Shown here: positions 36,409 through 48,892 of the stretch, one piece after another
Layout: each line of letters opens with the position of its first letter
Position numbering within the stretch: the stretch's first letter is position 1
Translations under genes and position numbers: made by a program
Assembly: GCA_965217585.1 (NCBI GenBank)
Contig: OZ244561.1
Coordinates: forward strand, 6,848,001 to 6,912,000
DNA: 64,000 nt
DNA from: Candidatus Latescibacterota bacterium
Lineage (GTDB): Bacteria; Latescibacterota; UBA2968; UBA8231
Direction of reading: 5' to 3'
Notes under the pieces: generated by a model
Seen by the model: the letters and a program-made list of their open reading frames with translations, nothing else
Told to the model about the DNA's origin: nothing
The model's database searches: none

Positions 36409-37614
36409 CCCCCACGCCTGATCGATGTCGCGCTGGTACCCATCAACTTTGCCCGCCAGCACATCGGCGACCTGTACCACCTGCCCGGACTGGCCGGATT
36501 CGTAGATAGCCTCACTGACAGCCTTGCTGCGCAAACCTTCCTCCGCGTCGATTTCTACCGGCCGCCCCTCGCTCAACGCGTCGATAAAATCCCACAATTC
36601 CAGCGTCACCCCACCAGTGATCCCATACGGGAAGAGCGCGTCCTTTTCCTCCTCGCTCAGGGTCGCCAAATACATCTCCTGCAGCTCGGACATGCTGTGC
36701 GCGGTCCCGTCGGCGAGCTGGCACTCGCCATTGGCCTGAAAGGCCGCCGGGTGGAAGATGTCCGTGTCGATGATTGACCCCTTCTCGCCACTCAGCGTCA
36801 GTTGGGTAAAGCCCTTGCCCGGCGCACTGATCGTCCACGACCAGGTGCCGATCAAGCCGCTTTTGAAGTTGAATATGCTGGTCCAAAAGTCCTCGGACGC
36901 ACTATCGACAATTTCCTCGCCTTGGCGATGGGGGCGCGGGTAGATCTGCTCAACCCGGGCGTACACGCTTTCGATCTCGCCAAACCAATAGCGCATGGTG
37001 TCAACCCAGTGTGCCCCGCTGTCCATGACCATGCCGCAGCCACCCAGTTTGCGATCAATGCGCCAGTGCCAATTGGGCACTTGGGTCGGATCGTTCCACC
37101 CCGCCTGCACGGCCCACCACATTTTCGGCGCGCCCAACAGGCCATCGTTGAAGGCCCAGTGGATGGTGCGCTGGCCCAAGGCGCGGCGGCACTGCTCAGC
37201 CGTGGCGGCGACCCGTCCACAGCGCTGCGCCGTCTGCGCGATCTTCTTCGAGGCCCGCACCGTGACGCCAATCGGCTTTTCGACCAGCACATGGACCCCA
37301 CCCTCTAGCAGTTCGCAGGCCAGTACGTGGTGCAAACCGTGCGGGCTGCATATATCGGCCCCATCGAGCGCGTCTTCCCCGGCGAGCAGTGCGGCCACGC
37401 TCGTATAGGTATTGACCTCCCAGCCAGCAAATCCGTTGATCCGCGTGGCAAACTCCTCGGCGCGCGCGGGCACCTCATCTACGGCCGCGACAATGCGGAA
37501 TCGCGTCTCGCCCTTTTCCAACAGCTCTTCGTATCCCCGCAAGTGCGCCCCGGCCATGCCGCCACAACCTACCATCGCCAATTGGACGACCTCGCCCTTC
37601 TTCGTTGTGCTCAT
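36394..37614 (-). CDS. Gfo/Idh/MocA oxidoreductase
   Basis: VGCGGMA, VLVEKP, MDSGAHWVD; likely start MSTTKK after GGAGG. Confidence 0.9.
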   Translation of the reverse strand: MSTTKKGEVVQLAMVGCGGMAGAHLRGYEELLEKGETRFRIVAAVDEVPARAEEFATRINGFAGWEVNTYTSVAALLAGEDALDGADICSPHGLHHVLACELLEGGVHVLVEKPIGVTVRASKKIAQTAQRCGRVAATAEQCRRALGQRTIHWAFNDGLLGAPKMWWAVQAGWNDPTQVPNWHWRIDRKLGGCGMVMDSGAHWVDTMRYWFGEIESVYARVEQIYPRPHRQGEEIVDSASEDFWTSIFNFKSGLIGTWSWTISAPGKGFTQLTLSGEKGSIIDTDIFHPAAFQANGECQLADGTAHSMSELQEMYLATLSEEEKDALFPYGITGGVTLELWDFIDALSEGRPVEIDAEEGLRSKAVSEAIYESGQSGQVVQVADVLAGKVDGYQRDIDQAWGLVSG

Positions 37615-37672
37615 TTCTGCCTCCACAGGTTGTATGTAGCCCTATTATATCGCAAAGGAATAAGGCACTCAA

Positions 37673-38524
37673 TCACCACCCCAGCACCTCCGTCAAAAAC
37701 GCCTCCACCCCGGCCTCATACGTGGCTGCATCCTCGCTAAAGGCCGAGCTGTGTCCACCCCGTAGCTCCGTAAACGCCTTGGGCTGGCTGGCGGCCTCGT
37801 ACAGCCTCTGGCCATGCTCGAATACAATAAACATGTCGTCGCGGCTGTGGCTCACTAGCACCGGGCATTGTACCTGCTTTAGGTACTCCAGCGTGGGATA
37901 CTTATAGCGGGCGAGCAAGCCGACCGGAAAGATCGGATACAGATCTCGGCCCAGCTCAGGTACGGAAGTAAAAGTCTCCTCCAAGAACAGGGCGGCTGGC
38001 GTCTTGTCCCGCGCCAGCCGCGCGGCGATTGGCCCGCCCAGCGAGCGGCCGATAATTGCAATCTGATCTGGGGCTAGCCCGGCCTCTTGCACCAAGTAGT
38101 TCCAAGCCGCCTCGGCATCGCGGTGCGTACCTTCCTCAGAGGGCGTGCCCTCGCTCTGGCCATAGCCGCGATAGTCAAACAGCAAAATTCCCAAGCCCAA
38201 CCGGTGCGCGTCCTCGGCCACTCCGAGCAGATGCGAGATGTTGCCCGCATTGCCGTGGCAAAAAAGCACCGTGCCCCGAGCGTCGGCCAACGGCAGGTAC
38301 CACCCGGTCAGCCGCACTCCGTCGCTAGCGACTAGCGCGACTTCTTCGTAGTGCATCCCGACCGCGGCCGGCGTGGTCTTGATCGCGGCCCCGGGCACGT
38401 AGACCAGCCTGCTCTGGAAGATGTAGAGCGCAATCCCAGCCAAGACATAGAGCACCCCAACCAGCAGCACAATTCCCAGCACAAGGCGTCCTATGCTACA
38501 ACCAATGAGTGGTATAAAGGGCAT
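37673..38524 (-). CDS. Membrane-anchored alpha/beta hydrolase (ABHD13-like)
   Basis: HGNAGN, DYRGYG.SEG.PSE, GRSLGG, HS.DD, GGH. Confidence 0.9.
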   Translation of the reverse strand: MPFIPLIGCSIGRLVLGIVLLVGVLYVLAGIALYIFQSRLVYVPGAAIKTTPAAVGMHYEEVALVASDGVRLTGWYLPLADARGTVLFCHGNAGNISHLLGVAEDAHRLGLGILLFDYRGYGQSEGTPSEEGTHRDAEAAWNYLVQEAGLAPDQIAIIGRSLGGPIAARLARDKTPAALFLEETFTSVPELGRDLYPIFPVGLLARYKYPTLEYLKQVQCPVLVSHSRDDMFIVFEHGQRLYEAASQPKAFTELRGGHSSAFSEDAATYEAGVEAFLTEVLGW

Positions 38525-38621
38525 CAGTATCAAGTCCTCCGACTGAGTAGAAAATGGAAAGTGCCCGTCCACTCCCAATGAGGACACTCGCCACTGGCGA
38601 TTTATGTTATAATTGGAATTA

Positions 38622-38669
38622 TTGACATACCTAAGACAAAAAATGCTAATTTAGGATCTAAATACCTAA
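38622..38669 (+). promoter_or_regulatory. Sigma-70-like promoter with a DtxR/IdeR-type 19-bp operator
   Basis: TTGACA at 38622; AT-rich -10 region at ~38645-38652; TTAGG-N9-CCTAA at 38651-38669. Confidence 0.55.
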
Positions 38670-38689
38670 TCCCACCCCGAAAGATCCCC

Positions 38690-41122
38690 ATGCCTATCGG
38701 CATCTTATTTGCCCTCGCCCTTGGTTTTGCCACTGTCGCACTCGCCCAAGACGAAGGCTACCCAGCCGGAACGCTAGTCCCCGCAGTCGATCTGGGCTTG
38801 CAGCCGACCCCGCTCATTGTACCCGAGTCCTTTCGCGGTGCCGTACCCCAAGACTTGATGCTCAACCTTCCCCCTGGCTTCTCGGCCCACGTCTTCGCCC
38901 ACGAGGGGCTACGCAAACCCCGCTTTATGGCCTTTGACCCCAATGGCGTGTTGCACGTGGCCAACATGGGTGCCAGCCAGATCGTCGCCCTGCCAGATCG
39001 CGACCGCGATGGCGTCGCCGACGAGCGCATCGTCGCCCTGCGCGGCCTTGAAGAAGCCCATAGCCTATTGTTCTACAAAGACGCTCTATATATAGCTGAA
39101 GAACATCAAGTCATCCGCGTGCGCGACACCGACGGCGACCTAGTGTACGAGCAAGAAGAAGTCGTCCTGCCCGACGTTCCTTGGGGAGGTTGGCACGATA
39201 CTCGCACTCTCGTCGTCGATCACCACAACGACAAAATGTATCTGTCGGTCGGCTCACCCTGCGACCTGTGCCGCATGGACGAAGGCTTTCAGGTGGTCGG
39301 CAACACCACCAACCCAGTGCCCCACCACCCCGAGCGCGGCACCATCCTGCAATTCAATCCCGACGGCAGCGGCCGCCGCATCTTTGCCACGGGCATTCGC
39401 CACGTCATCGGCATGGACTTCCACCCGCAGACCAATGCGCTGTGGGCCAACCACAACGGTCACGATCTCGAAGGCCGCACTCGTCCGCCTGAGTGGATTG
39501 ACATCATCGGCGACCAAGACTTTATGGGCTATCCTTTGGTCCACAGCCACCAAGTCTGGAGCGACTTTACCATTGATGGCTACGAAAAAGTACTGCCCAT
39601 CACCCGCGATGACAGCCTCCTCGTCGCCAACCAAAAGCGCCCGGTAGCCTTGGTGCCGGCCCACTACGCGCCGATGGGCCTCCACTTCTACACCGGCGAC
39701 CAGTTCCCCACCCGCTACCACAACGCCGCCTTCGTCGCCTTCCGCGCCGGCAAAGCCAAGCTCTCGTCGCACCCCGGCTACTTAGTGGCCGCCCTCTTTA
39801 GCCAACCCGATGGCAGCAACGCCCGCATGGGCAGCTTTATCACCGGCTTCCAGGCCGGGCAGACCCAAGGCGATGTCTGGGGCTTTCCCGTCGGGCTTGC
39901 CACCGACGCCGCGGGCAGTCTATACGTCACCAGCGATAACCGCAATGACCTCGTCATCAAGATCACCTACAGCCCCATCGGCGGCTCGTGGGAACACCAA
40001 ATGCCCGACACCCTGTCCATCGGCGGTGCGCTCCAAGTCCGCGCTACGGTACGCGTCGAACGGCTCGTTCCCGACGGCGGACCGCCTCGCCTGACCGCGG
40101 ACCTAAGCTCCTTGGGCGGTCCGGCAGCCTTGCCGCTGGTCGCCCTCGACGACCAGACCTACCAGCTCGACACCCGCCTAGAGACCGCCCACTTGCCCAA
40201 GGGCTTCTACGAAGTGATCGTGCGTCTCGAACAGGAAATCGACGGCGTCTTCAAGGGCTTCGATTTCATCCACCCAATCACCCTCCTGCCACCGGATTTG
40301 TCCGTCTTCGACGAGAGCATAGCTGCCGACTGGCAGTTGGTCGGCGACAGCGGTGCCCAAGTGCAGGTCACAGGCGATGGCCCCATCTTCTACGGCACCC
40401 GCGTCGCTGCCGTCGAGGCGGAGCCCAAAAACTTCTACACCCCGTGGGCCATCGAATTCCGTCCAGACGCGCCCGTTGATCCCCTCGGTTTTGCCGGCGT
40501 GCGCTTTGCCTTCCATCCCGGCGACAGCGAGCTGCCCACCTTTCCTATCTTCGTCCTCTTTATCGACGACATTGGTGTGGATTTGGCGCGCGATCCCGAG
40601 CAGTTTCAAATCGATTTTTCGCGCCGCGAGTGGCAGGTCCTAGAAATCCCCTTTACGGCCTTCGACCAGCCCAATTACTACGGTCCCGGCCTCCGCGACC
40701 AAGTGGACTGGATTGACGCCCTCCGCTTTGAGGGCAATATGACGGGTACCTTCTATTTGGACGATGTGCGCCTAGTGACGCGCATCCCGTCCGGGCCGCA
40801 CGTGCCGACGGCCGTCGCCGAAGTATTCAGCACGGACCAACCTGACGCCTTCGTCCTCGCCCAGAACGTCCCTAACCCCTTCAACAGTACCACCGCCCTC
40901 CACTTCGCACTGCCGCAAGCAGCCGACATCGAATTGACCATCTACAACCTCGCCGGCCAAAAGGTCGCCCACCTCGCACGCGGCTGGCACGCAGCCGGGC
41001 ACTACACTACCCATTGGGACGGGCGCAACGACGCTGGCGTGCGCTTGGCCACTGGTGTTTACATCTATCGCCTGCACGCTGGTGAGCAGGTCCAGGTGCG
41101 CAAGTTGCTCTTGTTGCGCTGA
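38690..41122 (+). CDS. Secreted PQQ-dependent sugar/sorbosone dehydrogenase-family protein with FlgD/T9SS-like C-terminal domain
   Basis: LPPGF...PRFMA, SVGSPCD, ATGIR, AHYAPMGL, PVG...LYVTSD; tail PTAV...QNVPNPFN...YNLAGQ...WDGRN...GVYIY. Confidence 0.88.
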   Translation: MPIGILFALALGFATVALAQDEGYPAGTLVPAVDLGLQPTPLIVPESFRGAVPQDLMLNLPPGFSAHVFAHEGLRKPRFMAFDPNGVLHVANMGASQIVALPDRDRDGVADERIVALRGLEEAHSLLFYKDALYIAEEHQVIRVRDTDGDLVYEQEEVVLPDVPWGGWHDTRTLVVDHHNDKMYLSVGSPCDLCRMDEGFQVVGNTTNPVPHHPERGTILQFNPDGSGRRIFATGIRHVIGMDFHPQTNALWANHNGHDLEGRTRPPEWIDIIGDQDFMGYPLVHSHQVWSDFTIDGYEKVLPITRDDSLLVANQKRPVALVPAHYAPMGLHFYTGDQFPTRYHNAAFVAFRAGKAKLSSHPGYLVAALFSQPDGSNARMGSFITGFQAGQTQGDVWGFPVGLATDAAGSLYVTSDNRNDLVIKITYSPIGGSWEHQMPDTLSIGGALQVRATVRVERLVPDGGPPRLTADLSSLGGPAALPLVALDDQTYQLDTRLETAHLPKGFYEVIVRLEQEIDGVFKGFDFIHPITLLPPDLSVFDESIAADWQLVGDSGAQVQVTGDGPIFYGTRVAAVEAEPKNFYTPWAIEFRPDAPVDPLGFAGVRFAFHPGDSELPTFPIFVLFIDDIGVDLARDPEQFQIDFSRREWQVLEIPFTAFDQPNYYGPGLRDQVDWIDALRFEGNMTGTFYLDDVRLVTRIPSGPHVPTAVAEVFSTDQPDAFVLAQNVPNPFNSTTALHFALPQAADIELTIYNLAGQKVAHLARGWHAAGHYTTHWDGRNDAGVRLATGVYIYRLHAGEQVQVRKLLLLR

Positions 41123-41134
41123 GCGTCTAAACCC

Positions 41135-43459
41135 ATGTCCACCGCCCTTTTGTTCCTCTTCTTGGTCGCCGCCGCTGACGCCGACCAACTGCGCTTTAGC
41201 TCGGTGCGCGATTGGCGCGATTGGCAACTGCCCCTCGGCGCAGTCGAGATTGCGGCCGATGGCTCGATTCAGCCGGTGCGCGTTGCAAAAAATACCGATG
41301 CCGCACGTGATGCCCTCCAGCTAGGCGGCGGCATCCACCGCGTCGGCTCCAACCCCGGCGACGCCCGCGCGCTCCTCGACGGCGACCCTGCTACCGGCTG
41401 GGCACCCAACCCGGGCGACGATCCAGACGACTGGTTCGTGGAAATCGACCTCGGCCGCAGCGTCTCGACGCACAGCGTCGCGCTCATCTTTGCCGACGAC
41501 GCGCCCCCTTTTGCGCTGTTCGACCTCTTACTCTCCTCCGGCGAGCCGCAACTCGACCAAGTAGCCAATCCGATCGCAGGCTCCCTGCTCTACCGCATTA
41601 AGGAACGCTTCAAGGAAAACACGCGTCACCGCGTCGAGTTCGCCCCGGGCGACGCGCTCTACCTGACGCCGATCCGCTTCCTGCAAATCCGCAACCTCAA
41701 GCACGTCGCCGACGCCCGGCTCGTCGCCGTCGAGGTCGAGAGCATCGGCGACAATCTCACCCTCAACCTAGTCGAGCGCGGCGGGACCATCGACGTGGTC
41801 ATCGACGCCTTTGTCCGCGCCGAAGAAGTCACCTTGGGCAACGCGCTCAACCTAGTCGATGGCTCGATCTTCGACCGCTGGCGCAACGGGCGCGAGCCGC
41901 GCAACACCTACAACACTTGGAGCCACATCACCATCGACTTAGGGGCCGTCTATCCGGTGGACTTCGTGCGCATGATTACCGGCGTGGCCATCCGCGGCGG
42001 CTTTGGCGAACACCTGCTGCGCACCCGGGCCGGAGCCAGCGGCGCGCGCTCCTTCAGTTACAGAAACTACGAGGTCCTCACCTCGGACGGCACCATCGCC
42101 CCCGACGGCACCCGCATCTGGACGCGGCACTTTGCCGGGTACGCCGCCAGCGAAAACCACAGCGCAGGGCTAGCCGACCACCAGTTCCCCACTCTGCCAG
42201 CCCGTTACGTCCGCATTGCCTGGCTGATCTGGGACGCCACCTGCGCCGCGACCTTGCCCGACGCCTCCTCGCGCTGGGGCTGCTACGCCAACGGCTCGGC
42301 CGAGGAGATTCAAGTGTACGGCGAGGGCTATCCCCTCGCGGTCAGTCTCCGCTCGCCGCTCATCGACCTAGGGAGCGACAAGAACCTCAACTCGCTCGAA
42401 TGGCAGGCCCAGACCCCCTTGGGCACCCACATCGAAATCCGCTCGCGCACCGGCGACGAGGTAGTAGAGCAATACACTTTTCACGATAAAAACGGCCGGC
42501 AAGTAAACCAAAAGCGATACGACAAACTGATCCCCAGTTTCAAGGGCAAGATCGACACCACGCGTATCCCCGGTGCGGATTGGAGCCCCTGGAGCAATAT
42601 CTACAGCGCTTCGGGCGCAGCCTTCCAGTCGCCTTCGCCGCGCCGCTTTATGGAACTCGATGCGCGCTTGGCGTCCGACAACCCAGCGCAGGCCGCCCAC
42701 TTCGACTGGCTGGCCGTCAATTTCACCGATCCGCTGGCGTCCGAAGTCGTCGGCGAAGTATTCCCCCTCCAAGTCGCGCCCGGCCAAGAGACCCAGTTTT
42801 CCTACTTCCTGCGGCCCGCGACGACCCGAGACGGCTTCGACCAGATCGCAATTGAAGCCACCACAGCCCCCCGCTTTGACGCCGCCTTTGTCGATGGCGA
42901 GCCCGTTGAGGTCACCACCGAAGCCCTCGCTCTGGGCTTTCGCGCTACCTTCCCGCGCCGCATCCGCAGCTACCAGCTCGTCGAACTGCGCTTCACCGCC
43001 CCCATCTACCTACAAGCGACCCGCTTTGACGCCTTTCTCGAAGACAGCCAAAAGGCGCAGACGCGGCAGCTTGTGGACCCGGGCGATGCCGCACCCCAAG
43101 TCGAGAGCAGTTCTAACGTCGTGCGCCTGCCCGTAGCTGACCAGCTCTTTGCCAGCCTCTCGTTCAGCCCCGCGCTCATTACGCCCAACGGCGACGGGAT
43201 CAACGACCAGCTCCGCATCTCCTTTGACCTCATCAACGTGCTCTCCGACCGCCCCTTGCACCTGCGGCTCTATGATTTGTCCGGTCGGCCGCTTTTTAGC
43301 CAAGAGCGTGCCAGCCAAGCCGGCCACATCGCATGGCACTGGGACGGCCGCGATCTACACGGCCAGCGCGTACCGCCCGGCCTCTACATAGTCGAGTTGC
43401 ACATTGCCGGCGACGCCGGCGACCGCAGCGTGCGACGGATCGTGGCTGTAGCCTACTAG
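41135..43459 (+). CDS. Secreted discoidin-like protein with TPNGDG/FlgD-Ig domain (paralog of 16524-18905)
   Basis: Shared GGI..VGSN, IGDN, SP.IDLG, DWS.WS, SPSPRRF, TPNGDG, WDGRD, PGLY and terminal VAY. Confidence 0.88.
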   Translation: MSTALLFLFLVAAADADQLRFSSVRDWRDWQLPLGAVEIAADGSIQPVRVAKNTDAARDALQLGGGIHRVGSNPGDARALLDGDPATGWAPNPGDDPDDWFVEIDLGRSVSTHSVALIFADDAPPFALFDLLLSSGEPQLDQVANPIAGSLLYRIKERFKENTRHRVEFAPGDALYLTPIRFLQIRNLKHVADARLVAVEVESIGDNLTLNLVERGGTIDVVIDAFVRAEEVTLGNALNLVDGSIFDRWRNGREPRNTYNTWSHITIDLGAVYPVDFVRMITGVAIRGGFGEHLLRTRAGASGARSFSYRNYEVLTSDGTIAPDGTRIWTRHFAGYAASENHSAGLADHQFPTLPARYVRIAWLIWDATCAATLPDASSRWGCYANGSAEEIQVYGEGYPLAVSLRSPLIDLGSDKNLNSLEWQAQTPLGTHIEIRSRTGDEVVEQYTFHDKNGRQVNQKRYDKLIPSFKGKIDTTRIPGADWSPWSNIYSASGAAFQSPSPRRFMELDARLASDNPAQAAHFDWLAVNFTDPLASEVVGEVFPLQVAPGQETQFSYFLRPATTRDGFDQIAIEATTAPRFDAAFVDGEPVEVTTEALALGFRATFPRRIRSYQLVELRFTAPIYLQATRFDAFLEDSQKAQTRQLVDPGDAAPQVESSSNVVRLPVADQLFASLSFSPALITPNGDGINDQLRISFDLINVLSDRPLHLRLYDLSGRPLFSQERASQAGHIAWHWDGRDLHGQRVPPGLYIVELHIAGDAGDRSVRRIVAVAY

Positions 43460-44086
43460 GGTATCACCGGTTTTCTGCTGCTCAAGTGCAGCGCCTTCAC
43501 GATGCTAAATTCTGGACAATCTATCAACTGGCCTTGTCTGAGGAGGAACCCCTCTTATTTGTCGCTGTTCACATGCCAGCAAAGTCTGCGATCGGCTATA
43601 CCGGCAGGGACAATCGCCTCCCACAATTTCAGCATCTATGCCAAGACATTCTCAGAGCAGAAAGTGCATCAGGAACAGACAGGACCATCGTCGTCGGAGA
43701 TCTTAACCAAAATCCCTTCGATGGGGAGGTCGTCCATCTGGAGGCGCTAAACGCCGTCATGGACCCAGATGTGGCTGCTCGCCTTAGCTGCCAGCGGGGT
43801 GGTCGAACGTACAAGTATTTCTACAATCCAATGTGGACCGTGTACGGACGACGCCAAGCACCGTTGGGAACCTACTACTACCAAGAGCCGGATTACGTCC
43901 GTTACTACTGGCACGTATTCGACCAAGTGCTATTACGGCCAGACCTGATACCAAACTCTAGGCGATGAAGTGCCAACCGCCATTACGAAATTGGGCGGAG
44001 AGAGCTTGCTTCGAGACAACGGCCGACCAAACGATAACCGATTTTCGGATCACTTGCCGATATCCCTCTCACTGAACATCACTTGA
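43460..44086 (+). pseudogene. 5'-truncated, frameshifted endonuclease/exonuclease/phosphatase (EEP) gene
   Basis: AVH, VGDLN.NPFD, FYNPMW, GTYYY and FDQVLLRP in one frame; SDHLPI in another frame after ~43960; no N-terminus. Confidence 0.8.
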
Positions 44087-44105
44087 CCACGAGGAGTGTT
44101 TTGTG

Positions 44106-44510
44106 ATGCCAACACAAAGCTACTGGGGTGATTTCCAGGTTACTGATGAACAACCGGCTCCTGTCCGGATACTAAAAGAGCAGGCAGGTGCTCTCAACGA
44201 AAAAGTCGACCAGCGTATCAGGGCATGGGTTGATACAAGTCCGCTATCAGACACACCACGGTTATTCCGCTCAACGTTAGTTGTCACAGTTCCGTCACTG
44301 GATCGCTATCGTCTGGATATAGTTACGATAGTCTATCCGCTAACAGAGTACTACCCACTTACTCTGTCTGATGATCTTGCTGACGAAGAGGAGACACGGG
44401 CTGAGGTGACCTGCAAAGGCGGACAGGAATTCCGTAATGAGTTGTACCGAATTTTGAGTTCAAAGCGGACAACAAACACGTTGAATAGTTTGCTGTCCCT
44501 AGCTGCCTAG
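44106..44510 (+). CDS. Hypothetical protein
   Basis: AGGAG RBS; lower GC; directly follows the EEP remnant. Confidence 0.7.
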   Translation: MPTQSYWGDFQVTDEQPAPVRILKEQAGALNEKVDQRIRAWVDTSPLSDTPRLFRSTLVVTVPSLDRYRLDIVTIVYPLTEYYPLTLSDDLADEEETRAEVTCKGGQEFRNELYRILSSKRTTNTLNSLLSLAA

Positions 44511-44668
44511 GCATTCCAATCTTCACAGCACCGTAGCTGGGGTCAAGATAAGCCGTCAAGACCAATACGGTTTCGTTAAGCAGAGGCCGAATAGGCCTAT
44601 ATTCTCACGGCTCCCCTACCGATACGGCGGATGGTGTATCTCTGGCGATACTGCGTGGCCGTAGCCTA

Positions 44669-46078
44669 CTAGTAGGGATGCCTGATCACTTTCTTAATCT
44701 CCAATAACTGTTGCATCGTCGCCTTGGACATCATGCCATCCTGATACACCCCGACGTTCATCGACACGGGGATTCTGCGCGCCCCAGCTATTTTGATGAA
44801 CTCAATCAAGTCGGCAGTGCGATAGAGCGGCGGCGGAATATCGGTATCAGGCTCTTCGTGGGTCCATTCATCATCGAGAAAAAACCAGACGTGGGGCTGG
44901 AGATCGCCGTGATGTTCGGGATCGGGAAGGGCGAGGAACTCCCCGACTTCGCCGGCCCAGTAATCTTGGAAGTCACTTGGCTTGCGATTGAGCCAGCTAT
45001 TCCAAGCGACGATGCGGTTTGGATTGCCCGTCTTGGCCGCTGCGTACAGTGGTTCAAAGCGGTGGGAGACGTTGAAGGGACAAAAGTCGAACCAGTACCC
45101 AGCGACCTGCCTGCCGTAGCGCTCGCCTATTTCCTCGAATATGGCACAAAAGTTGCGAAAATAGGATTCCCGGTCATCGTTCCAGCCGGAGGCCTGCCCC
45201 CACGGTATTGCAGGGGTATCGTTGCTGCTCCTGCCGCCGGGATAGTAGAGAATCAGTGGAATGCGGCGGCGCTGCAAGGCATCGGCTAGATCGCCAATAA
45301 GGTCGCGCTCGCAGGTATTCCCGGGCAGAATGCGCTCTATCGTCTCAATCGGCGCGGGGTAGAAATGCGGCGCATGGGTCGAGGTAAAGATGACGTATCC
45401 AACCCCTGCTTCTTCCACCATGTCGACGAAAGGCTCGACGGCAAAGTCAGCCACAGCCTGCGGGAAGAGTTTGGGCTTGCCACGGCGGGGCTGCGACATG
45501 GCGGTCCAGTGAAAACTCAAGCCGTACTGGGCGTCGGCAAACCAGTCGGTGCAGGCGCGTCCGCTCCGCGCCCGCTCGGCAATGCCGGCAAGCCGCGCAA
45601 CCTCGGTCGTCGGCGTCAGTTCGAGGGTATAAAGGCGGGGCAACTCCCCAGTGCCGACCTTTTTCTTGGCGCGGAACTCAAGCGTGCTGACGCCTTTGTC
45701 CAACTGGAGTGAACCCGAGAGCGAATGCTTGGCGAAACTGCTCCACTCCATTCCCCAGTCTGGGATCCAGCCACGCGTCGATTCCGCAGCGAACGCAACG
45801 GTGCTGGCACCGGCCCTGATCTCAAACTCAGAGCCGGCCGCCTCGGCGTCGCAGGAATAGGTTATCGCTAGTTGGAAGTCTTGTGGCGCGCCAAGCTCCA
45901 CCGTCCAGCTAAACCAGTCGTCTCGACTGTGCCAGCCTTCAACCCAAAGATGGGGACGCTCGCCCTGAGTCTCGTCGGCGTCCTCTGGCGGCTTGAGATT
46001 CCCGTGGAATTCCGCTTCAGCAGCCCAGAGAACGGTGATGTCATCGCAACTTACGGTATGACAGCGTCGAGTTTGCAA
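44669..46078 (-). CDS. GH29-like alpha-L-fucosidase family protein with N-terminal CBM-like domain
   Basis: WFADAQYGLSFHW, AG.GYVIFT..H, RDLIGDLADA, GYWFD nucleophile motif; start uncertain. Confidence 0.75.
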   Translation of the reverse strand: MQTRRCHTVSCDDITVLWAAEAEFHGNLKPPEDADETQGERPHLWVEGWHSRDDWFSWTVELGAPQDFQLAITYSCDAEAAGSEFEIRAGASTVAFAAESTRGWIPDWGMEWSSFAKHSLSGSLQLDKGVSTLEFRAKKKVGTGELPRLYTLELTPTTEVARLAGIAERARSGRACTDWFADAQYGLSFHWTAMSQPRRGKPKLFPQAVADFAVEPFVDMVEEAGVGYVIFTSTHAPHFYPAPIETIERILPGNTCERDLIGDLADALQRRRIPLILYYPGGRSSNDTPAIPWGQASGWNDDRESYFRNFCAIFEEIGERYGRQVAGYWFDFCPFNVSHRFEPLYAAAKTGNPNRIVAWNSWLNRKPSDFQDYWAGEVGEFLALPDPEHHGDLQPHVWFFLDDEWTHEEPDTDIPPPLYRTADLIEFIKIAGARRIPVSMNVGVYQDGMMSKATMQQLLEIKKVIRHPY

Positions 46079-48751
<2,673 letters not shown>

Positions 48752-48892
48752 AATAAACCCTCCCTAGTTAAGTGCTTGGGGCTGTTAAACCATAGACAAC
48801 CAGCAAAATCCCTATATACCCTAATTAATTATGCACTTTTGCAGCAAGGTCAGGCTCCTCGCGCCTTGTCTCCTTGCCATCGCGTTTCCCCC

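Noticed and set aside
35472-36509. 345-aa alternative-frame ORF, and similar long overlapping ORFs (e.g. 8849-9787, 11703-12725, 47138-48493)
   Set aside because: Arg/Pro-rich or antisense frames overlapping well-supported genes; expected in high-GC DNA.
43333-43459. Annotated start of the 211-aa EEP ORF inside the upstream gene
   Set aside because: These residues are an alternative frame of the FlgD tail; EEP similarity begins only after the stop codon.
48752-48892. Riboswitch or Fur box upstream of the TonB receptor
   Set aside because: AT-rich, but no cobalamin/TPP motif or convincing GATAATGATAATCATTATC match.
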